Counted from the first letter of the stretch, positions 52,221-61,909 are shown. The stretch: 64,000 nt of DNA from Vicinamibacterales bacterium (GCA_025456345.1 JALOKU010000002.1:70024-134023); one strand, 5' to 3'. A program made the numbers and translations. Notes: generated by a model from the letters alone, not told the origin.

Positions 52221-54502
52221 TGCGACGGGTGCTCGCGGTTGTCTGTCTGCTCTGCGGCCCGCAGTGCGTCGATGCGCTGGCGGCGGTCCGGGCCGAGGGC
52301 AACCTCAGGGTCGACGTGCGGTCGGCGGCCTCCGGGGCGCCAATTGCCGGCGCCCGGATCGCCGTCGACGGCCAGGATGCCGGCGTCGTCACCGACAGCG
52401 GCGGCATCGCGCGAGTGTCGGGCCTGCCGGCGGGCCCCGCGATGGTGCGCGTGTCGGCGCACGAGTTCCGCCCCGCGCAGGCCGTGATCGACATCGCACG
52501 GTCTGAGGCCATGCTCCACGTCGTGCTGGCGCCGGTCGAGCTGCGCGTCGACGAGTCGGTCATCGTGTCGGCCGCCCGTGCCGACCGCGCCGCCTCCGAC
52601 GTGCCGCGCTCGACGGCGGTGGTCTCGCGGACCGCGCTCGACGAGCGGGCCGATCGCACCTCGCCCGAGGCGCTCCAGGACCGTAGCGGCGGGTGGGTGC
52701 AGAAGACGAACCACGGCGGCGGGTCGCCGTTCCTGCGCGGTCTGGTTGGCAACCAGGTCCTGGTGCTGATCGACGGTGTGCGATTGAACAACGCCACGTT
52801 CCGCCTGGGCCCGAACCAGTACATGAACACCATCGACGCGTTCAGCCTCGAACGCATCGAGGTCGTCCGGGGATCGGGTTCCGTGCAGTACGGGAGCGAT
52901 GCGCTGGGCGGGGTGATCAATCTCATCTCGCCGTTGCCCATCCTCTCGCCTGGCGGCGTGCGAGCCGGAGGCTCGGTGGCCACGCGCCTGGCCAGTGCAG
53001 GCATGGAGCAGACGGCGCGCGCCGAGGGGCGTGTCGCCGGTGCGCGCGCGGGCGTGCGCGGCGGCGTCACCCTCCGCAACTTCGGCGACCTGGTTGCCGG
53101 AGGGTCCCTCGGCACGGAAGCGCCCTCGGGGTACCAGGAGTCCGACGCCGATGTCTCGGCGATCTGGGCGCCATCGCCCCGCACCACCTTCACGGGCGTC
53201 TTCCAGTCCGTCTACCAGGAAGGCGTTCCGCGGTTCGACCAGGTCTCGCAGCGCGGATACGACGTGTACGAGTTCGATCCGCAGTCCCGCCGCCTCGGGT
53301 ACCTCCAGTGGCAGCAGCTCGTCTCGTCCAAGTGGCTGGATCTGTCCCGGGTGACGCTCTCCTGGCAGCGATCCGACGAGGGCCGGCGGCGGAGGCGGAC
53401 CGGGTCGGATCTGGAAACGACCGAGTCCGACACGGTCGCGACCGTCGGCGTCTCGGCCGACCTGTACGGCCGCCTGGCAAGCCGCGCGGGATGGCACGCC
53501 GGCGTCGAGGTGTACCACGACACCGTGCGAAGTTGGCGTCTCGACACCGACCTGGCCACTGGCGCCTCGAAGCCCATGCGAGGACTGTATCCCGACGGTG
53601 CCACGCGGCTCTCGGCCGCGGCCTTCGCCCTCGGGCACTTCTCGTTCGGCCGGGCCGGCGTCGATGTCGGCGCCAGGTACACGCGCGATGACGTCGAGGC
53701 GGACGACCCGGTGTTCGGGCCGCTGCGCATCGAGCCGGACGCGATTGTCGGAAGCGTCTCGGTCCTCGTGCCGCTCGGCCGTGGCGTGCAGGCATTCGGA
53801 TCGGTCGCTCAGGCCTTCCGCGCGCCGAACATCGACGACCTGAGCACGCTCGGCACCTTCGATTACGGTGTCGAGGTTCCGCCGGAGAGCCTCGACCCCG
53901 AGCGTTCGGTCTCGATCGAAGGGGGCCTCAAGGCCAACACCTCCCGCGTGGCTGCCACGTTCGCGGCGTTCCGGCTCCAACTGCGCGATCTCATCGACCG
54001 GCTGCCGGCGACCTTCGAGGGCTCCCCGAGCTGGGACGGGCAGGACGTGTACCAGCGCGCCAATGTCGGCGAGGCGTATGTGCGGGGCCTCGAAGCGGAC
54101 GCCGAGTGGCGCGCCACCGCCGCGCTGACCGTGCGCGGGTTCGTGGCCAGCACCTACGGCCAGCAGGTGACCGTGGACGCGCCGATGCGGCGCATTCCGC
54201 CGGTCAACGGCCTCCTGGGGGCGCGCTACCGCTGGAACCGGGGCGTGTGGATCGAAGGCACCCTGCGCGCTGCCGGCGCGCAGACGCGCCTGGCGCCGGG
54301 CGATATCGCCGACCACCGCATCCCGCCTGGCGGCACGCCAGGCTGGTCGGTCGTCAATCTCACGGCCGGCATGCGCGTCGGGCAGGGCCTGCTCTTGTCA
54401 GCAGGCCTGGCGAACCTCTTCGACGAGGCTTACCGCATCCACGGGTCCGGCATCGACGGTCCGGGGAGGCACGCCTGGCTGAGCGCCAGGTTCGAGTTCT
54501 GA
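52220..54502 (+). CDS. TonB-dependent receptor with N-terminal carboxypeptidase-regulatory-like domain
   Basis: Signal peptide, CarboxypepD_reg-like repeat (LRVDVRSAASGAPIAGARIAVDG), plug (GGSPFLRGL...IEVVRGSGSVQYGSDALGGVINLI), barrel, and terminal aromatic ...SARFEF. TGATG overlaps at both ends. Confidence 0.85.
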   Translation: MRRVLAVVCLLCGPQCVDALAAVRAEGNLRVDVRSAASGAPIAGARIAVDGQDAGVVTDSGGIARVSGLPAGPAMVRVSAHEFRPAQAVIDIARSEAMLHVVLAPVELRVDESVIVSAARADRAASDVPRSTAVVSRTALDERADRTSPEALQDRSGGWVQKTNHGGGSPFLRGLVGNQVLVLIDGVRLNNATFRLGPNQYMNTIDAFSLERIEVVRGSGSVQYGSDALGGVINLISPLPILSPGGVRAGGSVATRLASAGMEQTARAEGRVAGARAGVRGGVTLRNFGDLVAGGSLGTEAPSGYQESDADVSAIWAPSPRTTFTGVFQSVYQEGVPRFDQVSQRGYDVYEFDPQSRRLGYLQWQQLVSSKWLDLSRVTLSWQRSDEGRRRRRTGSDLETTESDTVATVGVSADLYGRLASRAGWHAGVEVYHDTVRSWRLDTDLATGASKPMRGLYPDGATRLSAAAFALGHFSFGRAGVDVGARYTRDDVEADDPVFGPLRIEPDAIVGSVSVLVPLGRGVQAFGSVAQAFRAPNIDDLSTLGTFDYGVEVPPESLDPERSVSIEGGLKANTSRVAATFAAFRLQLRDLIDRLPATFEGSPSWDGQDVYQRANVGEAYVRGLEADAEWRATAALTVRGFVASTYGQQVTVDAPMRRIPPVNGLLGARYRWNRGVWIEGTLRAAGAQTRLAPGDIADHRIPPGGTPGWSVVNLTAGMRVGQGLLLSAGLANLFDEAYRIHGSGIDGPGRHAWLSARFEF

Positions 54503-56388
54503 TGGAGCCCCCGCCGCCGCGCCTCTCGGGCGCCGCCGGCGTGCTGGCCGCGACGCTCGCCGCCGGCCTTGCGCTCTACGCGCTCTATTGGGTGGTCGCC
54601 GTCGTCCAGCCTCAGGGCTACCGCCTCAGGTTCCTGCTCGGCTGTCTCGTTCTCACCTTCATCCTCTATCCGTTCCGGCGCGGCACAGCCAGGGTCCGCG
54701 TGCCAGTGGTGGACTGGCTGCTGGTCGCCATCGCGACGGCCGCGATTGTCTGGCCGCTTGTCGACTTCGACGAGTTCATTTATCGGGCGACCGAGCCCAC
54801 CGCACTCGACCTCGTGCTCGGCTCGGCGCTCGTCGTCCTCGTGCTCGAAGCGACGCGGCGCACGTCCGGGCCGGTGCTCGTGCTCACCGCGCTCGGGTTC
54901 CTCGCGTACGCATGGGTCGGCCCCTTCCTGGACCTGGTCGGCCTCAGCATCGTCGCGCACCGGGGCTACGGGCTCGACCGGATCGTGGGCACGCTCTACA
55001 TGACGCTCGAAGGCGTGTTCGGCGTGCCGCTGGACGTGGCGTCGACCTATATCATCCTGTTCACGGTGTTCGGCGCCGTCCTCGAGCATGCCGGGGCCAC
55101 GCGGTTCCTCCTGGACTGGTCGCGCGCGGCGTTCGGCCGCTCGCACTCCGGCGCGGCTGCCGGCCGGGCCGTGACGCTCGCGGGGGGCCTGCTCGGCGCC
55201 GTGTCGGGCAGCGGCGTGGCCGTGACCGTCATGCTCGGCTCGATGTCGTGGCCGATGCTGCGCCGCGCAGGGTATCCGAAGGACACCGCCGGGGCCGTGC
55301 TGTCGGCGGCGGGCATCGGCGCCATCCTCGCCCCGCCGGCGATGGGCGCGGCAGCCTTTCTCATCGCGGAGTTTCTCAAGATCTCCTACGTGCAGGTCAT
55401 CACGATGGCCGCGATCCCGGCGCTCCTGTATTACCTGTCGGTCTTCCTGATGGTCGAGGCCGACTCGCGGCGCCTCGGCACGCGGCCGGTCGAGGAGGCG
55501 GTGGCGCCGCTTGCCGAGTTGACCCGCCGGAGCGGTTATCACTTCATCCCGCTCATCAGCGTCGTTGTGCTGCTCATCGCCGGCGTGAGCACCTTCCGCG
55601 CGGTGTTCTGGGCGACGGCGCTGGCCTTCGCGTTGAGCTTCGTGCGTCGGGAGACGGCGCTCACGCCCCGCCGCGCGTTCGCGGCGCTCGACGCGGGCGG
55701 CCGGGGCGTCCTGCCGGTGGCCGCCACGACGGCCACCGCGGGCATCATCGTCGGTGTCGTGGCGCTGACCGGGCTCGGCTTGAAGGTGGCCGGCCTGATC
55801 GTCACGCTGGCCGGCGGGCACGTGTTCCTCACGGTCCTCTATGGCGCGCTGGCCGTCTGGCTGCTCGGGCTCGCCGTGCCCGTCACCGCGTCGTACATCA
55901 TCGCGGCGGTCATGGTGGCGCCCGCGATGATCCACGTCGGCGTGGCGCCGGTGGCCGCGCACATGTTCATCTTCTACTACGCGGTCCTGTCGGAGGTGAG
56001 CCCGCCGACGGCGCTCGCGCCGTTTGCCGCCGCCGCGCTCACCGGCGGGCACCCGTTCCGGACGATGATGCTCACGTGGAAGTACACGCTGCCGGCATTC
56101 CTGGTGCCGTTCGTGTTCACGCTCGACCCGCGTGGGATGGGCCTGCTGCTGCGCGCGGCGGCCATCGATGTGGCGTGGGCGTCCGGCACCGCCGTGCTCG
56201 GGGTGATGGCGCTCTCGGCGGGATTCGGAGGCTGGATACGGCGCGCGGCCACGCTGCCCGAACGGGCGCTCGCTGTCGCGGGCGGCGTGCTGTTGTTCTA
56301 TCCGGCGGGCCTGGCCGATGCCGGGGGAGCGGTGCTCACGGCGACCGCCGTGTGCGCCCACCTGTGGCGGACCCGAGGCACTCCGTGA
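54502..56388 (+). CDS. TRAP transporter fused permease subunit (TAXI-associated)
   Basis: 628 aa, highly hydrophobic polytopic protein following a TAXI binding protein. The ATG overlaps the receptor stop (TGATG at 54500-54504). Confidence 0.85.
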   Translation: MEPPPPRLSGAAGVLAATLAAGLALYALYWVVAVVQPQGYRLRFLLGCLVLTFILYPFRRGTARVRVPVVDWLLVAIATAAIVWPLVDFDEFIYRATEPTALDLVLGSALVVLVLEATRRTSGPVLVLTALGFLAYAWVGPFLDLVGLSIVAHRGYGLDRIVGTLYMTLEGVFGVPLDVASTYIILFTVFGAVLEHAGATRFLLDWSRAAFGRSHSGAAAGRAVTLAGGLLGAVSGSGVAVTVMLGSMSWPMLRRAGYPKDTAGAVLSAAGIGAILAPPAMGAAAFLIAEFLKISYVQVITMAAIPALLYYLSVFLMVEADSRRLGTRPVEEAVAPLAELTRRSGYHFIPLISVVVLLIAGVSTFRAVFWATALAFALSFVRRETALTPRRAFAALDAGGRGVLPVAATTATAGIIVGVVALTGLGLKVAGLIVTLAGGHVFLTVLYGALAVWLLGLAVPVTASYIIAAVMVAPAMIHVGVAPVAAHMFIFYYAVLSEVSPPTALAPFAAAALTGGHPFRTMMLTWKYTLPAFLVPFVFTLDPRGMGLLLRAAAIDVAWASGTAVLGVMALSAGFGGWIRRAATLPERALAVAGGVLLFYPAGLADAGGAVLTATAVCAHLWRTRGTP

Positions 56389-57082
56389 TCCACGCCACGA
56401 TCCGATCCTGGGCCGCGGCGTTGACGTCTGCCTGACGCAGGCCCGACCGCTTCGGCACCTCGAGCGAGTGGTTGCCCTGCTCGACGGTGTAGATCTCGCA
56501 CGGAGCATCCAGCACGTCGAAGAACAGCCGCAACTCAGCCGCCGTCCCGAACGCATCCCTGGCGCCTTGCACCACGAGCATCGGGTGGTTGATGTGCGGC
56601 AGGTGCGACACACGAACCTGCTGCGGCTTACCGGGAGGGTGAAGCGGATAGCCCAGGAACACGAGGCCGCGCAGCCGGTCCCACCACGCCTCGGTCACGG
56701 CGTCGCCGACGTCGCGGGCCGCCGCGAGGTGCGAGGCCATCCGGCCGCCGAGGGACTTGCCGCCGATGAAGAGGGGACGCGAGCCGCCGGCGGCATCGGC
56801 TACGACGTCGGCGAGGACGGCCCGGTAGCACGCCTCCAGCACCGGCTGCGGGTCGGGCAGCTTCTTGCCGCGCTCGGTGAACGGAAAATTGAACGTCACC
56901 ACGTCGAGTCCGCGGGCGGCGAGGCCGGTGGCAAATCCCACCATGAATTCGCTCGACTGGCCGGCACCGGCCCCATGGGCGAGCACCAGGGTAGCCAGGG
57001 GCGATGGGCCGCCTCCGTAGCGCCTGGCAGTCACCGAGGCGCCCCGGTCGAGTGCCACCCGTCGCTCGTCCACCATCGTCAT
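56336..57082 (-). CDS. alpha/beta hydrolase (dienelactone hydrolase/KANL3-like)
   Basis: ATG at 57082 (alternative 57076). LVLAHGAGAG, nucleophile elbow GGKSLGGR, later VQGARD and GNH. The 3' end overlaps the convergent TRAP permease by 53 nt. Confidence 0.8.
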   Translation of the reverse strand: MTMVDERRVALDRGASVTARRYGGGPSPLATLVLAHGAGAGQSSEFMVGFATGLAARGLDVVTFNFPFTERGKKLPDPQPVLEACYRAVLADVVADAAGGSRPLFIGGKSLGGRMASHLAAARDVGDAVTEAWWDRLRGLVFLGYPLHPPGKPQQVRVSHLPHINHPMLVVQGARDAFGTAAELRLFFDVLDAPCEIYTVEQGNHSLEVPKRSGLRQADVNAAAQDRIVAWITECLGSATGGRTRRSP

Positions 57083-57124
57083 TCCCTTGAGTCCGCCGCC
57101 CACACAGCTTAGGCTAGATGGACC

Positions 57125-58801
57125 ATGGCAGCGCAATACATCTTCACGATGAAGGGTCTCGGCAAGGTCTATCCACCGGACCAGACCGTGCTCAAGGACA
57201 TCTGGCTCTCGTTCCTCCCGGGGGCGAAAATCGGCGTGCTCGGGCTGAACGGCGCCGGGAAGAGCACCATTCTCAAGGTGATGGCCGGGATCGAAAAGGA
57301 GTTCCTGGGCGAGGCCTTCCCGGCCGACGGCATCAGCATCGGTTTCCTTCCCCAGGAGCCCGCGCTGGACCCATCGAAGACGGTGCTCGGCAACGTCGAA
57401 GAGGGGGTGGCGGGGACCAAGGCGCTGCTCGCGCGGTATGACGAGCTGAACGGGAAGCTGGGAGAACCGCTGGATCCCGACGAGATGGAAAAGGTCCTCG
57501 ACGAGCTCGGCAAGCTCCAGGATCGCATCGACGCTGTGGGCGCCTGGGAGCTGGACTCGAAGCTGGAACTGGCGATGGACGCCCTCCGGTGCCCGCCTCC
57601 TGACGCCGACGTGCGGACTCTCTCGGGCGGGGAGCGGCGCCGCGTGGCGCTGTGCCGGCTCCTCCTGCAATCGCCCGGCCTGCTGCTCCTCGACGAGCCC
57701 ACGAACCACCTCGACGCGGAGTCTGTGGAGTGGCTCGAGCACTTCCTGAAGGACTACCCGGGCACGGTGGTGGCGGTCACGCACGACCGGTATTTCCTGG
57801 ACAACGTGGCGGGCTGGATCCTGGAACTCGATCGCGGCTCGGGCATTCCGTGGCAGGGCAACTACACGTCCTGGCTCGAGCAGAAGCAGAAGCGCCTCGA
57901 GGTCGAAGAGAAACAGGAAGCGCGGCGCCAGCGGACGCTCCAGCGCGAGCTGGACTGGATCCGGATGTCGCCGCGCGCCAGGCAGGCGAAAGGGAAGGCC
58001 CGCCTGAACGCCTACGAGGCGATGCTGTCGGAGGAGACCGCCCAGCGCATCGAGACCGCCGAGATCTACATTCCGCCGGGCCCCCGCCTGGGCGACGTCG
58101 TCGTCGAGGCGCGGAGCCTGCGCAAGGGCTACGGCGACGTCCTCCTCATGGACGAGGTGACCTTCACGCTTCCGCGCGGCGGCATCGTGGGCGTCATCGG
58201 GCCCAACGGCGCGGGCAAGACGACGCTCTTCCGGATGATCACCGGGCAGGAGCAACCCGATGGCGGCACGCTTCGCCTCGGGGAAACCGTCCAGGTCGGA
58301 TACGTGGACCAGTCGCGCGACGCGCTCGACCCCGACAAGTCCGTCTGGCAGGAGATTTCTGACGGCCGCGACGAGGTGATGCTCGGCAAACGTGAAGTCG
58401 CGTCGCGGGCCTACGTGTCGTGGTTCAACTTCAAGGGCCGCGACCAGCAGCGCAAAGTGGGCTCGCTCTCCGGCGGCGAGCGCAACCGGGTGCACCTCGC
58501 CAAGCTCCTCAAGCGCGGCTGCAACCTGCTGCTGCTCGACGAGCCGACCAACGATCTCGACGTCGACACGCTGCGGGCCCTCGAGGATGCCATCCTCGCC
58601 TTTGCCGGCTGCGTCGTGGTCATCAGCCACGACCGCTGGTTCCTCGACCGCATCAGTACGCACATACTCGCCTTTGAAGGCGACAGCCAGGTGGAGTGGT
58701 TCGCAGGGAACTACCAGGACTACGAGGCCGACCGCCACCGCCGGCTGGGCACGGAGGCCGACCGGCCGCACCGGATCAAATACAGGAAGCTGACAAGATA
58801 G
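57125..58801 (+). CDS. ettA: energy-dependent translational throttle ABC-F protein EttA
   Basis: [18 protein letters not shown] start, two ABC cassettes ([18 protein letters not shown]). 558 aa with full-length EttA pattern. Confidence 0.95.
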   Translation: MAAQYIFTMKGLGKVYPPDQTVLKDIWLSFLPGAKIGVLGLNGAGKSTILKVMAGIEKEFLGEAFPADGISIGFLPQEPALDPSKTVLGNVEEGVAGTKALLARYDELNGKLGEPLDPDEMEKVLDELGKLQDRIDAVGAWELDSKLELAMDALRCPPPDADVRTLSGGERRRVALCRLLLQSPGLLLLDEPTNHLDAESVEWLEHFLKDYPGTVVAVTHDRYFLDNVAGWILELDRGSGIPWQGNYTSWLEQKQKRLEVEEKQEARRQRTLQRELDWIRMSPRARQAKGKARLNAYEAMLSEETAQRIETAEIYIPPGPRLGDVVVEARSLRKGYGDVLLMDEVTFTLPRGGIVGVIGPNGAGKTTLFRMITGQEQPDGGTLRLGETVQVGYVDQSRDALDPDKSVWQEISDGRDEVMLGKREVASRAYVSWFNFKGRDQQRKVGSLSGGERNRVHLAKLLKRGCNLLLLDEPTNDLDVDTLRALEDAILAFAGCVVVISHDRWFLDRISTHILAFEGDSQVEWFAGNYQDYEADRHRRLGTEADRPHRIKYRKLTR

Positions 58802-58929
58802 AAGCAAGAAGCAAGAAGCAAGAAGCAAGAAGCAAGAAGCAAGAAGCAAGAAGATCCCCCGCAGCTGCAGCGTGCCTGCTTCTGGATTCTGACAACCGTC
58901 AGTGGGCCCTTCTGGCTTCTTGCTTCTGA
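58800..58929 (+). repeat. heptamer-array inverted-repeat element, AGAAGCA flavour (best-preserved copy)
   Basis: (AGAAGCA)x7 perfect at 58800-58848 plus one degenerate unit. The first unit overlaps the ettA TAG stop. A spacer with TGCAGCGTGCC is followed by the conserved module 58876-58929 with the CTGAC-AACC-GTCAG mini-hairpin (58889-58902). Confidence 0.95.
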
Positions 58930-58967
58930 CAGCTGCCGGTTCCCGAGCCTCGGGCCGGCGACCGTCA

Positions 58968-58973
58968 TATAAT
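58968..58973 (+). promoter_or_regulatory. candidate -10 element TATAAT upstream of the epimerase gene
   Basis: gtcaTATAATcc, 44 nt before the ATG at 59018. Confidence 0.3.
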
Positions 58974-59017
58974 CCTTACGTCCTCGCCCCCGCGGGCACA
59001 TTCATTCCGAGGGATTC

Positions 59018-60040
59018 ATGCTGAGACGACCAGGGATTCTGATTACCGGTGCCAGCGGCGAGATCGGCCACGGCCTGATTTCGCGCCTTGCCCAGGACCG
59101 CTCCACGCCCATTGTCACGCTCGATGTCAGGAACCTGGAGCCGGACCTCGGCAAGATGGTCCACCGGGAGATCATCGGGTCCATCACCGATCCGGCCGCC
59201 CTTGACCGCATCCTGGCCGAGTTCGACATCGACCACGTCTATCACCTCGCGGCCTATCTCTCGACGCGCAGCGAGTTCACGCCGGTCACGGCCCACGAGG
59301 TGAACGTCGAGGGCACGATGAACCTGCTCGAGTTCGCCCAGAAGCAGGGCGAGTCTCACGGGCGGCCGGTCGTCTTCCTCTATCCGTCCTCGATTGCCGC
59401 TTACGGCCTGCCAGACCTCGAAACCAAGGCCAAGGCCGGCAAGGTGCGTGAGGAGGAGTTCAACACGCCGACGACGATGTACGGGTGCAACAAGCTCTAC
59501 TGCGAGTTGCTTGGGCGTTACTACGCTCGCCACTACAAACAGCTGTCGGCGGAGCCGCTCTCCGGCAAGGTGGATTTCCGCGCCGTCCGCTTCCCGGGGC
59601 TCATTTCCGCCGTCACGGTTCCCTCTGGCGGCACCTCCGACTACGCCCCGGAGATGATTCACGCCGCCGCCAAGGGAGAGGCTTACGCCTGCTTTGTCCG
59701 GCCCGATACCCGCATTCCCTTCATGGCGATGCCCGACGGCGTCGAGGTCCTGCTGAAGCTGGCGTATGCGCCGCGCGAGCGCCTGTCGAAGACGGCCTAC
59801 AACGTGGGCGCGTTCAATCCGTCGGCGGAGGAGGTCCGGCACATCGTGCTCGAGAGCTTCCCGGGCGCCAACCTCACCTACGCCAACGACGTGAAACGCC
59901 AGGGCATCGTCGATTCCTGGCCCGGCGACGTCAACGACTCGGCGGCGCGGGCCGACTGGGGCTGGGCGCCCCAGTACGACTTCCGCCGCGCGTTCTCGGA
60001 GTACCTGATTCCGATGATCAGGGAGCGATACGCGAAATAG
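59018..60040 (+). CDS. NAD-dependent epimerase/dehydratase family protein (extended SDR, L-threonine 3-dehydrogenase-like)
   Basis: ILITGASGEIGHGL Rossmann motif and catalytic YGCNK (YxxxK). 340 aa. Confidence 0.85.
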   Translation: MLRRPGILITGASGEIGHGLISRLAQDRSTPIVTLDVRNLEPDLGKMVHREIIGSITDPAALDRILAEFDIDHVYHLAAYLSTRSEFTPVTAHEVNVEGTMNLLEFAQKQGESHGRPVVFLYPSSIAAYGLPDLETKAKAGKVREEEFNTPTTMYGCNKLYCELLGRYYARHYKQLSAEPLSGKVDFRAVRFPGLISAVTVPSGGTSDYAPEMIHAAAKGEAYACFVRPDTRIPFMAMPDGVEVLLKLAYAPRERLSKTAYNVGAFNPSAEEVRHIVLESFPGANLTYANDVKRQGIVDSWPGDVNDSAARADWGWAPQYDFRRAFSEYLIPMIRERYAK

Positions 60041-60041
60041 A

Positions 60042-60178
60042 AGAAGCAAGAAGCAAGAAGCAAGAAGCAAGATGCAAGAAGCAAGAAGCAAGAAGCAAGA
60101 AGAACTCCCGCTGGTGCAGATTGTCTTCTTCTGGCTTCTGACAATCGTCAGAGGGCTCTTCTGGCTTCTTGCTTCTGA
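60042..60178 (+). repeat. heptamer-array inverted-repeat element, AGAAGCA flavour
   Basis: Nine units at 60042-60104 (7 perfect AGAAGCA, one AGATGCA, one AGAAGAA), starting 1 nt after the TAG stop. The conserved module 60124-60178 ends 3 nt before the next ORF. Confidence 0.95.
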
Positions 60179-60181
60179 CGA

Positions 60182-61909
60182 GTGCCTTCCATGGACCTGA
60201 AGTCCCTCATCCGCCACGCCCGGGGCGACGAGCCCGCCGACCTCCTGCTGCGCAACGGGCGCGTCGTCAACGTCCTCAGCGGCGAGGTCGAAGCGGCCAG
60301 CGTCGCGGTGGCGGGCGGCTTCATCGTCGGCCTCGGCGACTACACGGCCCGGACCGCGATCGATCTCGACGGCGCCTACGTCGCGCCGGGGTTCATCGAT
60401 GCCCACGTCCACATCGAGAGCGCGCTGGTCCCGCCGTCCGAGTTCGCGCGGGCGGTCGTGCCGCGCGGGACGACGACGGTCATCACCGACCCGCACGAGA
60501 TCGCGAACGTGCTCGGCCTCGAGGGCATCCGCTTCATGTTCGAGAGCGCCAAGTTCGGCCCGCTCAACATGTACGTGATGGCGTCCTCGTGCGTGCCGGC
60601 GACGCCGATGGCGACCAGCGGGGCCGTCCTCCACGGCTACGACCTGTTTCCCCTGAAGTCCGACCCGTGGGTGCTCGGCCTCGCCGAGGTCATGAACTAC
60701 CCCGGCGTGATCGGCGGCGACGACGCGGTGCTCGAGAAGATCGGCGCCTTCCAGGATCGCGTGATCGACGGGCACAGCCCTGGGCTGGGCGGGGTGGGGC
60801 TGCAGGCCTACGTCGCGGCCGGCGTGCAGTCGGATCACGAATCCACCACGGCCGAAGAGGCGCTCGAGAAGCTGCGGCTCGGCATGATGGTGATGATTCG
60901 CGAGGGCTCCGTCGCACGCGACCTCGCCGCGCTCGTGCCGGCGGTGACGCCGGCCAACCTGCATCGCTTCTGCTTCTGCACGGACGACTGCCAGCCGTCC
61001 GACCTGGTTGAACGCGGAGGGATCGACCACGCCATCCGGAGCGCCATCGCGCTCGGCATGGACCCTGTCGCGGCCATCCGCCTCGCCACCTGGAACCCGG
61101 CGCAGCACTTCCGCCTCCACCAGCGCGGGGCCGTGACGCCCGGGAGGCGCGCCGACCTCGTCGTCTTCGACGACCTGCGCGCGCCGCGTCCCAGGCTCGT
61201 GTTCCGCAACGGCGAACTGATGGCTCGCGACGGCCGCATGACCGTCGCGCGCCGGCCGCTGTCGCGGACCCTGCGGAGCACGATGAACGTCGCGTGGGAA
61301 AGCGTCGGATTTCGCATCCCTGCCGAGGGCCGCTGCGTCAGGGTCATCGGCGTGCTGCCCGATCGTCTCGCGACAGAAGCCCTCGTCGACCAACCGTTCG
61401 TCCGTGGCGGAGAGGCGCTGGCGGACCCGTCGCGCGACCTCCTCAAGATTGCCGTCATCGAGCGCCACATGGCGTCCGGAGCGGTGGGGAAGGGCTTCGT
61501 GCGCGGCATGGGACTTCGCGAAGGAGCCCTGGCCTCCTCGGTGGCCCACGACCACCACAACCTCATCGTCGTCGGCGCCGACGATGCGTCGATGATGACG
61601 GCTGCGAGACGAGTGGGCGCCATGCACGGCGGTATGGTGGTGGCCTGCGGAGACCGCGTGCTGGCCGAGGTGCCCCTCCCGCTGGGCGGCCTGATGAGCG
61701 CCGAACCGGTCGAAGTGGTGAAAACCCAGGTCGAGGCGCTCGTCGCTGCGGCCCGCGCGCTCGGGTCTGCACTCCACGACCCGTTCATGGCGATGAGCTT
61801 CCTGTCGCTCGAGGTGATCCCGGCGCTGAAGGTGACCGACAAGGGGCTGATCGACGTCGACGCGATGGCCGTCGTTCCGCTCTGGCTCGACAACGATTCC
61901 CGACCATAA
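60182..61909 (+). CDS. ade: adenine deaminase
   Basis: GFIDAHVHIES metal-binding motif and TTVITDPHEIANV. 575 aa with full-length Ade pattern. Start is GTG at 60182 or ATG at 60191. Confidence 0.9.
   Translation: MPSMDLKSLIRHARGDEPADLLLRNGRVVNVLSGEVEAASVAVAGGFIVGLGDYTARTAIDLDGAYVAPGFIDAHVHIESALVPPSEFARAVVPRGTTTVITDPHEIANVLGLEGIRFMFESAKFGPLNMYVMASSCVPATPMATSGAVLHGYDLFPLKSDPWVLGLAEVMNYPGVIGGDDAVLEKIGAFQDRVIDGHSPGLGGVGLQAYVAAGVQSDHESTTAEEALEKLRLGMMVMIREGSVARDLAALVPAVTPANLHRFCFCTDDCQPSDLVERGGIDHAIRSAIALGMDPVAAIRLATWNPAQHFRLHQRGAVTPGRRADLVVFDDLRAPRPRLVFRNGELMARDGRMTVARRPLSRTLRSTMNVAWESVGFRIPAEGRCVRVIGVLPDRLATEALVDQPFVRGGEALADPSRDLLKIAVIERHMASGAVGKGFVRGMGLREGALASSVAHDHHNLIVVGADDASMMTAARRVGAMHGGMVVACGDRVLAEVPLPLGGLMSAEPVEVVKTQVEALVAAARALGSALHDPFMAMSFLSLEVIPALKVTDKGLIDVDAMAVVPLWLDNDSRP

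Noticed and set aside
58800-58855. Heptamer arrays as CRISPR arrays.
   Set aside because: The repeat unit is 7 nt with no spacers, and there are no cas genes in the window. The architecture is tandem or inverted simple repeats, not repeat-spacer.
58696-58929. Heptad-like peptides ([14 protein letters not shown]..., ASRLSPLASRLSP...) translated across the heptamer arrays, as possible repeat-protein genes.
   Set aside because: A 7-nt DNA repeat automatically yields a 7-aa peptide repeat in every frame. These ORFs are short, lack starts with an SD and sit between complete genes, so the periodicity is a DNA or RNA-level feature.
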